A stretch of 64,000 nt of DNA from the NCBI RefSeq assembly GCF_001194135.2, contig NC_068994.1, forward strand, positions 4,746,280 to 4,810,279, read 5' to 3'. This DNA is from Octopus bimaculoides (lineage: Eukaryota). The notes under the pieces are model-generated. The model saw nothing but the letters and a program-made list of their open reading frames with translations. It ran no database searches and was not told the DNA's origin. Shown piece after piece: positions 50,866-63,250 of this stretch (the first letter of the stretch is position 1; each line of letters begins with the position of its first letter). A program made the translations under genes and the position numbers.

Positions 50866-52521
50866 GGATATATATATATATATATATATATATAGGTGTG
50901 GCTGTGTGGTAAGAAGCTTGCTTCCCAACCACATGATCTGGGTTCAGTCTCACTGTGTGGCACCTTGGGCAAGTGTCTTCTGCTATAACCTCCGACCAAC
51001 CAAAGCCTTGTGAGTGGATTTGGTAGATGGAAACTGAAAGGAACCCATTGTATATGTATATATGTATAAATTTATGTGTGTGTGTGTGTAATCAGATTTT
51101 TAACACCAACTCTGCCTTGCTTGCAAAGGTCTCTCGGTTTTAGATTTCCTGTGGCCAGATGCTCTTCCCGTTGCCAACCCTCACCTATTTTCCCCATGGC
51201 CAAATACATTTTCACAGAATATTGGAAATGAACGACACTGCTTGTATAACAGTGACATTCATTTACAACTCTCGTGCAATGTCAAGATATGGAGACAACC
51301 CTCTCCCCCATACATACATATGCTTCATCGTGATCATCACATAATGTCTGTCTTCCAGTTTCATGTGAGGATGGGATGGGTTACTTAAGCCTTCCCCACT
51401 TGTGCTGGTTCTGTGTCATCTGATACACATAACAGAGATAAATAGCCAGTTTGTGTTGGTGTTCTTGTATGACACACATTTTTGCCTGCTTTCCACGGAT
51501 GAATGTGCTTCCGGTCACCAACCACTTTACATTCTTTCATGCCACAAACTCTACTGAGATTTTCTGCAATCGTCATCATCATCACCATCATCATTATCAT
51601 CATCATCATTATCATTCAACATCTGTTTTCTATGCTGGCATGAACTAGAAAGTTTGACAGGAGCCTATTAAGGCCAGGAGCTGCACCAGGGTCCATAGTC
51701 TGTATTGGCTTGGTTTCTATAGCTGGAAGCCCTTCCTAACGCCAACCACTTTACAGAATGTACTCAGTGCTTTTTACATGACACCAGCACCAGTGCTTTT
51801 TACGTGGCCCCCATATCTGGTTCTAAAGGAATCCCTCTACTTTTTATCCAATTTTATTTAGTTACTGCTCACCCAAATGAATTGCCTCTGCTGTGGCTTC
51901 TGGAAGACACGTTTGCACCATTTCTTTCATATACGGCATAGGTTTCCCATCTGGATGCTGCCCTTCTTGTCACTGATACTTAACGGTGTGGACTAAGTAT
52001 ATTTCATTGTGACACCAACTCTAGAGAGATTGAACTTTGGTCTTTGTGGTTGTGAATTGAAGTTCTTAACCAATCAACCATAGCTACACACACACACATT
52101 TATGCTCGTAGGTTGATGTGTTTACATCTCATTACTTAGCAGTTCAACAAAAGAAACCAATTAAATACCAGGCTTTAAAAGAAAAAAAATAACTCAGGTT
52201 GATTCATTCGACTAAAATTCTTCTAGGTGGTGCCCCAGCATGGCCAGTCTGTGTGTTACATAGAAATCTGTATGTGCTTTTTATAAATATATATTATATG
52301 CACATATCCATCCGTCTATCTATCTATTCATCTATCTATCTCTCTATCTATCTACCTACCTACCTATCTATATCTATCTCTCTATCTACCTACCTACCTA
52401 TCTATCTATCTATCTATCTACCTCTCTATCTATCCATCTATCTATCTCTCTCTCTCTCTCTACCTATCTATCTATCTATCTGCCTGTCTACATATGTGTG
52501 TGTGTATGTTTAAAACCACAT

Positions 52522-52565
<44 letters not shown>

Positions 52566-53411
52566 CACAGAAATGCACAAAAAAGACCTTTGGATGTTGT
52601 GTATTAAATTATATTAAATTCACATGTAAATGAAATCAATGCAGTTGTAAATATGATACAATTCCACATATAACTGGAACACCACCACAACTTACACTGA
52701 CACACGAACATACAGCCTCATTGCAGCTCACACACACACATCCACATACATGCATACACAAAGAATGGCATGCCTTGTTTTAAAGACTTCAAATTCTGAG
52801 AAGGGATTTAAAATGTCCAGTTTTACAGATTGTTAGTGAAGTAGGGCATAAGAGATAGGGGAAAGGCGAGAGGGAAAGAAGGAAAGTGAAGGGATGATAT
52901 TGAAGATAAGGTGTATGGAGAAGCTTAGAATCTGTGCTGCTGCTGCTGGTGTGATATTAATAGATGGGTGGAGTCCCTTTGTCAGGGGAGACAAGGATGT
53001 ATTAAGGGGTTGCACTACTTTTCTATATACGTCTGTCTGTCTGTCTCTTCTCTTCTACACTTGCTCAAAAATCAGGAGCCCTGCCTTAAACACTGAATGT
53101 ATCTTGTGTATATATGTGTATATATACATTTTTACAGTGTATCATTTTTTTTTTTTTGGTTTCAATCATTAGACTGTGGCCATGCTGGAGAAACCCCTTG
53201 AAGAACTTATAGTCAACTGAATCAAACCAAGAGCTTTTCTTTCTTTTTTGTTTAAAGCCTATCAGTCTATTTTGCCTAATTGCTAAGTTATGTGGGATGT
53301 AAACACACCAACACCGGATGTCAAGCAGTAGTGGGGTGGGGGAGAGACGAACGAAGATACACCTTATAATTCTATATATATATATCTGTAAAAATATCTG
53401 ACACTTATTCG

Positions 53412-53489
53412 GTAGCCATGACAAAACTCCGAGTTTCGGATGCCAGGGTGGGAGGGTCCACTCCAACATCTCTTCAGTTATCCAGCCAC
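53412..53489 (-). ncRNA. Type I hammerhead ribozyme (HHR-2, left arm, minus strand)
   Basis: Minus strand gtggctggataa CTGAAGA gatgttgg a gtgg accctc ccac c ctggcatc c GAAA ctc g gag T T ttgtc a tggctac. Stem I is 5+7 bp, stem II is 8+4 bp, stem III is the palindrome ACTC-N-GAGT, and the triplet is GUU. There is one extra C before G12. Confidence 0.75.
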
Positions 53490-53521
53490 TAAAAATTCCT
53501 TTGAAGAATGAGGAATTTACA

Positions 53522-53598
53522 GTGGCTGGATAACTGAAGAAATGTTGGAGTGGACCCCCGACCCTGGCATCCGAAACTCAGAGTTTTATCATGGCTAC
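53522..53598 (+). ncRNA. Type I hammerhead ribozyme (HHR-3, right arm, plus strand; G10.1 changed to A)
   Basis: Core CTGAAGA at 53534-53540, GAAA at 53573-53576, stem III ACTC-A-GAGT at 53576-53584, predicted cut after 53585, stem I 53522-53533 / 53586-53598. Confidence 0.7.
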
Positions 53599-53916
53599 CG
53601 AATAAGTGTCAGATATTTTTACAGATGAATTCCTCTATTTACACAATATCGAGGTCTCTTTCTTTCTTTTGTTGTCCTTGTCAATATATATATATATATA
53701 TGTATATATATATTTTATTAATTCCTCTTATTTCACAATTAACATGAGGTCTTTTTTAATATTCTTTCACTTGCCTGCTTTCAGCCATGTGTATATTTAT
53801 CCGGAGTTTTTGGGAGTTTTTTGAAGGTCTATGCACCTTAAGCATGCTTCAGATGGGTCGTTTTCGCCCTTGCTCCCTGTTATAATTATATACATATGTA
53901 TATTATTATTAATTTA

Positions 53917-53951
<35 letters not shown>

Positions 53952-55232
53952 CGATGGGCTTCTTTCTATTTCCCTCTACCAAATCCTCACACGAAGCTTT
54001 GACCCAGGGCCATAGTAGAAGACCCTTGCCCGAGGTGCCATGCAGCGGTTCGGCTAGGAGAGACTAATAAAATATGTTCCACAATAAGTACTGCCGTCGA
54101 TTTCATGACAGTCTCCTAGTACTACAATTGTCCTGTGACAGAAACAAGCTCGAAAAAAAAAAAAAAGAATTTTTATTATTATAGAAACTAGATTTTCGTT
54201 TCGAAATAGACTTAACATTACAGAAAGTCAATTATTTCTTGCATATTGTGTATTGTCAATGACACAAACGACCGTCAAAAAGTATGGTGCACAGAGCAAA
54301 TGACAGCTGACGATGTCGTCTGCTCATCGACCTTCTGGAAAACGTGTCTATAAGCAGCTGAAAAATAGTTACTAAAAAAAAAAAACTCTAGAAGCTGTTT
54401 CAATAAAGATTCCGTATTGAACCGAATGCCATTTAATGATAGATATATATGCTTTCTGAGTTTGCCCTGAGGAAATATGTAAGCTTTTGATACGTGTTCG
54501 TCTGAGGGTAAAAGGTGAACAATCTCGATTCTCTTGGAAGACATAGCGGGTGGAAGGGAGATAACTGCTGTCGTCTCGAAAGAGATTTTTCAAACGTGTA
54601 TATATATGTGTGCGTGTGTGTTTGTATATATTCTATGTATATGTATTGGTGTAATATGTATATACATATATGTATTTATGTATGTATATATCTGTGTGTA
54701 TGTAGGCGCAGGAGTGGCTGTGTGGTAAGTAGCTTGCTGACCAACCACGTCTTCTACTATAGCCTCGGGCCAACCAAATCTTTGAGTGGATTTGGTAGAC
54801 GGAAACTGAAAGAAGCCTGCCACAGTTCTGGCATGCTGGGAAAAATGGTTCACAGCGTTTCTTCAGTCTTAATGCTCATGAGTTCAAATTCTGCTGAGTT
54901 CAACTTTGTCTTTCATCCTTGATAAAAGGGTTGATAAAATAAGTACCAGTTAAGCACTGGGGTTGATGTAATCAGCTTGCTCCTTCCTCCAGAATTGCTG
55001 GCCTTGTGCCAAAATTTGAAACAAATATCTTTAAGGTTTAAATTCTATGTTTTTCTATATGATTCTTTAGAAACTTCATAAGCCAGCAGTTTCGATGGAG
55101 GGCTTCCCCAACTTTTGGACAACATGCGCCATGTTAGAATCACTAATGGTTTTATTTCTTTCTAAAGTGTAATTGTGTGATTTCTTTATGCCTTTGTCAA
55201 CAGACTTTGATTTCAGTGAACAAATAATTCTA

Positions 55233-55293
<61 letters not shown>

Positions 55294-55615
55294 ATGTTAC
55301 TTCACTCTCTAATGTGTTTTCCTTTGTTGTTATGTTTCAGATTCCCTGGCTTGAAGTGTTACTTCTGTAAACATCCTCCACGTTCTCTCTTTAACAGTCT
55401 CAGAAAAAAAAAAACAAAAAAAAAAAAACAAGAACAAAAACAACGGCATCAACAACAGGAACAACAACAACAACAGCAACCTTCGTTGTTTGCAAGAATG
55501 AATTTAAAATCTCATTCTCTCTCCCATTGCTATCATCCTGTAACTTAAAGCTTTTTAATCCATATTGTCATTTGAAACACCAGATCATCTGATATAGATA
55601 CATACAGATACATAC

Positions 55616-55663
<48 letters not shown>

Positions 55664-55995
55664 ATACTCATAGGATTGCTTGTTCATTTTCTCTCAGTGT
55701 CACCAGAAGTTTTTTCCTTTTAAACAGAAAGATACATTGTTGCTTGTATCATATTTTCGTTCCTCTCTTTTAGTTTTTCTTGTTTCATTAAGGTTAGTAT
55801 TTGAGGATTTATGAGTGGAAATCATGTCGAGGTGACTCAGACTAAACGAAGACTTGTATATACATTTATACACACATACACACACACACACATATATATA
55901 TTCCCTAAGGAACATTCTGGGACAATTAATTTACAGTTGTAGCACTTTCACTACACCACTAGTGTTGAGTTGGCCATTCCAAGAACTGTCTAATC

Positions 55996-58396
55996 ATGTA
56001 TCCGATACAACCAGTTTTTCCAATGAATTTCAACAACACTTCCGGCTTCTACGGTCAGCCGATCTACAACCCTGGCTGCCATTTAAAAGTCCCTGATAAG
56101 TCACAGATTATGAACATTCTTGATAAGAACAATGACTTGTTGTGGAAAGACTTCAGTCCAGCAAACGGTGCCAATGACGGCACCAGCGGAAGCCATGGTG
56201 CAGACAACAACAGTGGTAGTAACAACATGTGCATGACTAACAGCGGTGCTGCTTCAACATGCAGTAGCCCTGGCAACAATACTGGTGGTGGTNNNNNNNN
56301 NNNNNGGGGCTGGTGGTGGGGCTGGTGGTGGTAATAGTGGTGGTGATGGCAGTAGTGGTGGCAACACCAATGACAACAACCAACCAGATGGAGACAGCAT
56401 GCGAAACAGTCAAGGTGGAAATGAGAAATCTTTCTTTTGTACATTTTGTAAGAAAGGATTCACCAACCAGTTCTTCTTGAAGAACCATGAGCTCACACAC
56501 ACAGGCGTTCGACCATTTGACTGCAATTCTTGTGACAAAGCCTTTACGCAGAAAATCAATCTCAAAAACCATTTAAGGACCCATTCAGGGGAGAAACCTT
56601 TTCAGTGTTCCCTTTGTCCAAAGGCCTTCAGTCAACAAGGTAATCTCAAACTCCATCTTAGAACACATACGGGAGAGAAACCATATTCTTGTGAAGTCTG
56701 TGGTAAAAGTTTCTCCCAAAAAATCAATTTGACTTACCACAACCGTATTCACACTGGAGACCTTCTCTATTGTCAGTTCTGCAAGAAACCATTTTCGAAT
56801 GAGTTCTTCCTCAAAATACATGAACGTATACATACAGGCGAGAAACCTTTTCATTGCCATTTCTGCAACAAGTGTTTCTCACAAGAGACAAACTTGAAAA
56901 ACCATTTGAGAACACACACTGGTGAGCGACCATTTTCCTGTAGTGTTTGTTCGAAGGCTTTTAGCCAGAGAGGTAATTTAAAGCTTCACCTTAGAACGCA
57001 CACTGGAGAGAAACCATTTGCCTGTGATGTCTGCGGGAAAGCCTTTTCACAAAAAGTAAATCTAAGCGACCACAAAAGGCTACACACTGGAGATCTGTTC
57101 TATTGCAACTACTGCAAGAAACCGTTTTGCAATCAATTTTTTCTGAAGATTCACGAGCGGACGCACACTGGAGAACTTTACAAATGTACATTTTGTCCGA
57201 AAGATTTCACACTTTTGATCAACCTGAAGAACCATCTGAGGACTCATACCGGAGAGAAACCATTTCATTGCAGTATGTGTTCAAAGTCTTTTAGTCAGCA
57301 AGGAAATCTTAAGTTACACATGAGAACTCACACGGGGGAAAAACCATTCAAGTGTGACCTTTGTGAAAAGTGTTTCTCCCAAAAAACTAATCTTGAAAAT
57401 CACCAACGTGTCCACACTGGACAATTGTTTAAATGTGACTATTGCACCAAAGAATTTACTTTGCAAATTAGCCTGAAAAACCACATCCGGGTCCACACTG
57501 GAGAAAAACCTTTCCATTGCAGCTATTGTAACAAGCTCTTCTCACAGCGAACTGAATGGCGTAACCATGAGAGAACCCACACAGGAGAAAAACCATTCCA
57601 ATGTCAGATTTGTTCGAAGGCTTTTTCTCAAGCTGGAAACTTGAAGTTACACATGAGGACACACACGGGTGAGAAACCATTCAAGTGTGACACTTGCAAC
57701 AAGTCGTTTTCGCAGCGAGCCAACTTAAACAACCACAAAAGGACTCGAACGGGCTGCGAACTTTTCACCAAGCAGCCACCGTTGGCCTCTACTGCTTCCT
57801 CATCTGCCTCTCATGGCTGTATGATGTACTCCAAAGACTCCAACCTCTCGCCTCCAATGCCAGGTTCGGACCCTCTCCCTGTGATGGGATCATCCATGAT
57901 GATGTCATCTGAAGACAAGAATGATAGTGACAACCATCAACACCATGAAAAGAGTGGTTTGTCCTCAGCTTCTCAGACATCCACATATAACTGTGATACG
58001 AGTGCATCGAAACCTCAGCAGCAGCAGCAACAACAACAGCAACAGCAGCAACATCAGCAACAGCAAGCCCATCAGTCTTCCATGTTATCATCAAATTCCA
58101 ACAAGCACAACATGAAAACTAACAAACACCATCAAGAACATTTACCAAATTCCCATATGGGACGGTCAGAGCAACACCTTCATCCGGCTCAACAAGATTC
58201 CCAGACTGGAATGCGACTGCACCCCTCAAATCTGTCTCGGTTTAATTCTGCTGCATATCTGCACGAGATGTCACAGAACTGGGAGACCAACTACCTCTGG
58301 CCCAGAGGCTACCCTATGCCCACGTTGCTCGGTTCCAGCTGGCCAAACATGCCTACGTCTTACTCTAGCGGCAAACACGGTAAACAGAACTCGTGA
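55996..58396 (+). CDS. ZNF-B: C2H2 zinc-finger protein with 16 tandem fingers (the 16th lacks its last His), an N/G/S-rich N-terminus and a C-terminal polyQ (about 795 aa or more)
   Basis: The first 99 codons (55996-56292) and the last 696 codons (56306-58393) flank a 13-N gap inside a Gly repeat; the ORF track splits them. Fingers at 56432-57748. In-frame TGA upstream at 55966-55968. Candidate acceptor ttacAG at 55935-55936. Confidence 0.93.
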
Positions 58397-59101
58397 GCCA
58401 GCCTGCAAACTCTGTTCGGACACTCTACGGATTCCGTTGGGAATCTCTTGCATCCAAACTGACACATGTGACACGAGGACTTGTAACATTTCTTAAGACA
58501 TGTCTTAAGTTGTCTTATTAATCATTAGCCACATGTCGTCTCCAAGCTGACAGAACTCACCAACGGCTGTTCAACTAACTTCCTCAAACATGTCAGGCTC
58601 TTTACGATCTGTTTGTCAGGTTTCTGTGGAATTTTTCAGGTCAATTGGCAAAAATTCATTTTTGTATTAAAAGAAGAAAAATCAAGAACAAAACAAGAAG
58701 AAAATAACCCAAAAGAACTGGATTGTGATGGTGCAAATAGACAAAAACAATAGTCAGTCACATTGTAAAAATTTGACATTGAAAACTTTTCAGGGATCCT
58801 TTTCCTAAGAATTTATTTTTGGATCCTTGTACGTTGTGTGTTCAAATTTCACCGGAATTCACTTTGCCTGTATCATCGTCTTTCAGGGATTGATATTAAA
58901 ACAAAAACAAAACAAAAGTACCAGTCATATGCTGGGGCAAGTTTTAATTGAATGCACCCCCTAACTATAAATCTCTGGCTTGTCTCAATCTGAGAAATCA
59001 TTATGACAATGATGATGGTTATTGTTACTTCTATTAAAATATCCCTTAGCAGTTCAAATATCAGAAGCACTGGATCACTCCCTGACATTTATGCTACCAT
59101 T

Positions 59102-59157
<56 letters not shown>

Positions 59158-59216
59158 CATATATATATATATATATATATGCCTACACACACGCATATAT
59201 ATAAACACATTGTGTA

Positions 59217-59258
<42 letters not shown>

Positions 59259-59537
59259 TATATATATATATATATGTAATATATATACTGTTTTAAAATA
59301 TAGTGATGATCACTGAATAAAATGCTCTCTCTCACACACACACACATACTCTGACAGACACAGTATTCATATCTTGAGAACTTATGATGAAATGCAATAG
59401 TCAAATGTTGGACAACACCAGCCTCACCCAATGAACACACATACACACACACATACACCTACCATCACTGGTTTTATGTCTACCTTTCAGTGCTTGTATG
59501 AGTCAGACAAGACTACTTTGGAGCAGAGTCACATATA

Positions 59538-59568
<31 letters not shown>

Positions 59569-60916
59569 GTTGCTTGCATGCATATGCCTTTTGCATGTAT
59601 TTGGATTGTAAGTTAATGCTCTAGTAATAATAGTTTTAATCATGTTGACTTTGTCCATTAAGTATAACATCTGCATCAAGAAGATATTTGTGTGTCTGAG
59701 GAGGTAATTTGTACATGTGTGTGCATGTTGATGCCCATGGGTGCGAGGGAAGAGAGGTGTGCACTGCTTCCGTGTAACGAGAGAAGAGTGGTGTTATTAT
59801 TCATTGTACATAGTGTTGTAGACTTCCAAACCGTTTTTCTCTCTCTCCAAACTGCTTATTTATATACTCCTACCAGCACAATGCCATGCCTCAGCCTTCC
59901 CCCAGTTATGTCATCTGTAATTTTATCAGCTGAGCTTTACAATACTTTATTGGTAAATACTGTCACAATGTGCACACCGATGCATCATTGCTGCACCATG
60001 GCAAGTGCACTTGCAGTCAGTTTGTCATCATGGTGTAATTAGTTGTTATTTATTTTTTTTTATGTATTGTTCTTGTTGTTGTCAGTCTTGTGGCTAACCT
60101 CATCCCTGCCCTCTGCCCATCCCTACCCTCTGCCCAGCCTCACTTGTAGCCCCACACACTTTATGATCCACACCTGGCAGTGAGTTAATAAGGTGGATGT
60201 CGTTAACCTGTCACGGTGTCTTAGATACTATAAATGTGAAATTGATGAATGTATTAAAATGCGTCACAGGTTTTTGAATTCTAATATCCAAAGTTAATTA
60301 AAATACCAGTGTTGTCTCTTCCTGTTTAATTTTTTCTTTCACCAGAATTATTCAATAAGAAAATGATTTTTGTCACCTTCAGGTTGTAGCTTTAATTAAT
60401 AAACATTTTTTAGGCTGACTACATTAAACATGGTCATACCTACTACAAATATTTTGCTGTGTCTCCTTGGGTACTACACTTAATTTCACATGTTTTACTT
60501 TACATAACCTCGGCTCACCTTAGCAAGTAATGGTACTTATACTGCAGTGATGCAGTATTAGTACTAAGTTACAAGGTTCTGTGTTCAATCCCAGGGTGCT
60601 GTGTCTTGGGAAAGTGTTCTGTTGTGGTTGCCCCCAATTTTTTGTGAGTAATATTTAGGAGATACAAAAACTATCTGCAAGTTCATATGTGTGCGAAGGT
60701 ACTTAGGGAGTTACACTTGCAGTTATAGGTCAATGGTTTCAATTCCTGGACTGGGCGTTGTGTTTTATTCATGAGCAAAATATTTAATTTCTTGTTCCAG
60801 TCCACTCAGCTGAAGATTTGTACCAGCAACAGCTGGGAGATTAACCCTTTGACAGACTGGTGTCTCATTCAGTGTGTGCATGTGTCTATATATAATGCAT
60901 ATATATTTATTTCTTC

Positions 60917-61107
60917 GGCACGTAAAAAGCATCCACTACACTCTCTGAGTGGTTGGCGTTAGGAAGGGCATCCAGCTGTAGAAACTCTGCCAAATCAGAT
61001 TGGAGCCTGGTGTAGCCATCTGGTTTCACCAGTCCTCAGTCAAATCGTCCAACCCATGCTAGCATGGAAAGCGGACTTTAAATGACGATGATGATGATGA
61101 TGATGAT
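60917..61107 (+). mobile_element. Family A element (RTE-like tail)
   Basis: Near-identical core and a long (GAT)n end. Confidence 0.85.
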
Positions 61108-61327
61108 TGCCCACAAGGGGTTTAAACATAGGGGACAAACAAGGACAGACAAAGGGATTAAGTCGATAACATCGACACCAGTGCATGTCTGGTAATTATT
61201 TAATCAACCCCGAAAGGATGAAAGGCAAAGCCGACCTTGCCAGAATTTGAACTCAGAACGTAACGGCAGACAAAATACCACTAAGCATTTCGCCTGGCGT
61301 GCTAATGATTCTGCCAGCTTTCCACCC
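61108..61327 (-). mobile_element. SINE family C, near full length
   Basis: Head ctggcagaatcattagcacgccaggcgaaatgcttag, gttctgagttcaaattctggcaaggtcggctttgcctttcatcctttcgggg core, tail tttagccccttgtgggca-like. Confidence 0.85.
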
Positions 61328-61978
61328 TATAATACATATATACTAATAAATGCATTTACACATAAACACACAGAAGCTAATTGGTAAACTCGGACATATA
61401 CACACATCAACATATTCACATAACAGACATAGGTCACAGGTTTAATAGCTGGTCCCTTTATTTTTACACCACCACCTTCTGTGCCTTTTAGCAGGGTCAG
61501 GCCTTGCAAGGCCACAAGAGGCTGAAAAAAGGTTCAAAAGGTGCTATCTTTCTTTCTTTCTCTCTTTCTCACTCTGGCCAAGCCATCTAAAAATAAACAC
61601 CCTCATTTAACCTTGTGGTGTGTGTGTGTGCATAAATCACTTCCAGTTTATATTAATTCTCCTATAAATAAAACTATTTATTTCCTGTCCTGCCAAACTC
61701 TGCTGACGGCAGCTTTTGTCACACGTGACACTGGAAACAAGGACACTGACCTTCTTTTCCCTGTTCAGTGTGTCTGTGTATGTCACCAGCTACAGCCTGT
61801 GTGTGTGTGTTCACATGCTCTTGTGTCTATAATTAGCATTATGTGTAGCTTTGTGGATCTTGTAAACTACATTTTTTAAATATCTGGTATTAAGTAGTAT
61901 GTGTGTCTCTGTGCACACACACACACTCGTGCATGTAGATTGTACATATGTATGTGTTTATAGTTATTTAGCTGTAAG

Positions 61979-62016
<38 letters not shown>

Positions 62017-63104
62017 GTATGTATAAACTCATGTATACATATGAGTATATATATGTGTATCTACTCATATATATGTATACATATAAATGAGTATATATAT
62101 ATATGTGTGTGTATACTCATATATGTATACAGATAAATGAGTGTGTGTGTACATATGTATATCTTTATATGTAATTGTCGTAGTGTATGTATACATGTGT
62201 GTATATTTGGTTCTGTTGTCTATTCCGACGTATGAATGTCCAGTTGTCTGATCAACTAGACGACCTACTCATTGATTTAGCATGTAATGTGGCTGAGTAT
62301 TCCATAGACACGTATCCTTAACATCATTCTAAAGTAGAATTGGTGAGACTGACGAAGCTGACCTTTTTAATTACTGGTACAGTCCATCTGGAGGGCTTCT
62401 AAGCAGTCACCGTCTACCTAATTTCAATCAATGTTTGGGTCCACCTGAGGATGTGGTAAAGACACTTGCCCAAGATGCCACACTTTGGGATCAAACCTGG
62501 GTCCTCATGCTTACAAGCTGAACTTTTGAACCACTCTGTCTACATACAAGTGTGTGTGTGAATGTGGAACCATTAATCCCCCAATTTTTTTTTTATCTGT
62601 CTCCTTTTTTTTCTTTCATCCCTTTTTGTTGAAGTGTGTGGGCTTCATATGTCAAAGACTTTTCCATTCTTCCTTCCTGAGCATCCAACTAATACACCTG
62701 TCTGTTGTTCCCTCACCTGTCTTTTGTCTTCTGTACATTTGAACCATTATGTGATAGCCAGGATTATATTATACCCTCAATCTATATGTATCTCTGTGTG
62801 TTATTAGGTTAGTGTTATCATATTTAATTTAAGGGTCAAAAATTTCATTACAAAAATCATGTACTAAGGGAAGGACAATACTGGGTCAGGGACTAATGTG
62901 GTCATTCAGCCTGCTAAAAATAGCAACCAAATATACTTTTGACTATAGGTCTGTCATGTCAGAGCTAAACAACTGTCCCAGCAGTAACACGGTATAGTAT
63001 AGTCCGAGATATGCCATGACTAAAAAATATACAAGAAACCTAGAATAGTCTTAGATGGAACAGATCTCTAATGAGATATGGCCTATAGGAGTTAATTATT
63101 CCAG

Positions 63105-63250
63105 TGTGGAGGTGCATGGCTTAGTGGTTAGGGTGTTGGATTCATGATCATAAGATTGTGGTTTTAATTCCTGGACTGGGCAGTATGTCATGTTTTTCAG
63201 CAAAACACTTCATTTCACGTTGCTCCAGTCCACTAAGCTGACAAAAATAC
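63105..63250 (+). mobile_element. tRNA-derived SINE family D head
   Basis: gtggaggtgcatggcttagtggttagggtgttggattcatgatc..aattcctggac. A reverse copy lies at about 32505-32612. Confidence 0.75.

Larger units (their letters stand above)
53384..53626. repeat. 243-bp near-perfect palindrome (117/116-bp arms, 10-nt loop)
   Basis: Arms 53384-53500 and 53511-53626 pair base by base with 6 mismatches and one bulge. Loop ttgaagaatg. Confidence 0.97.

Noticed and set aside
54300-54355. CTGACGA...GAAAACGTG hammerhead-like string
   Set aside because: The stem does not abut GAAA and position 17 would be G.
63105-63200. SINE heads as tRNA genes (also 32940-33014, 45213-45280)
   Set aside because: They have A/B-box-like motifs but no closable cloverleaf, and run directly into SINE bodies.
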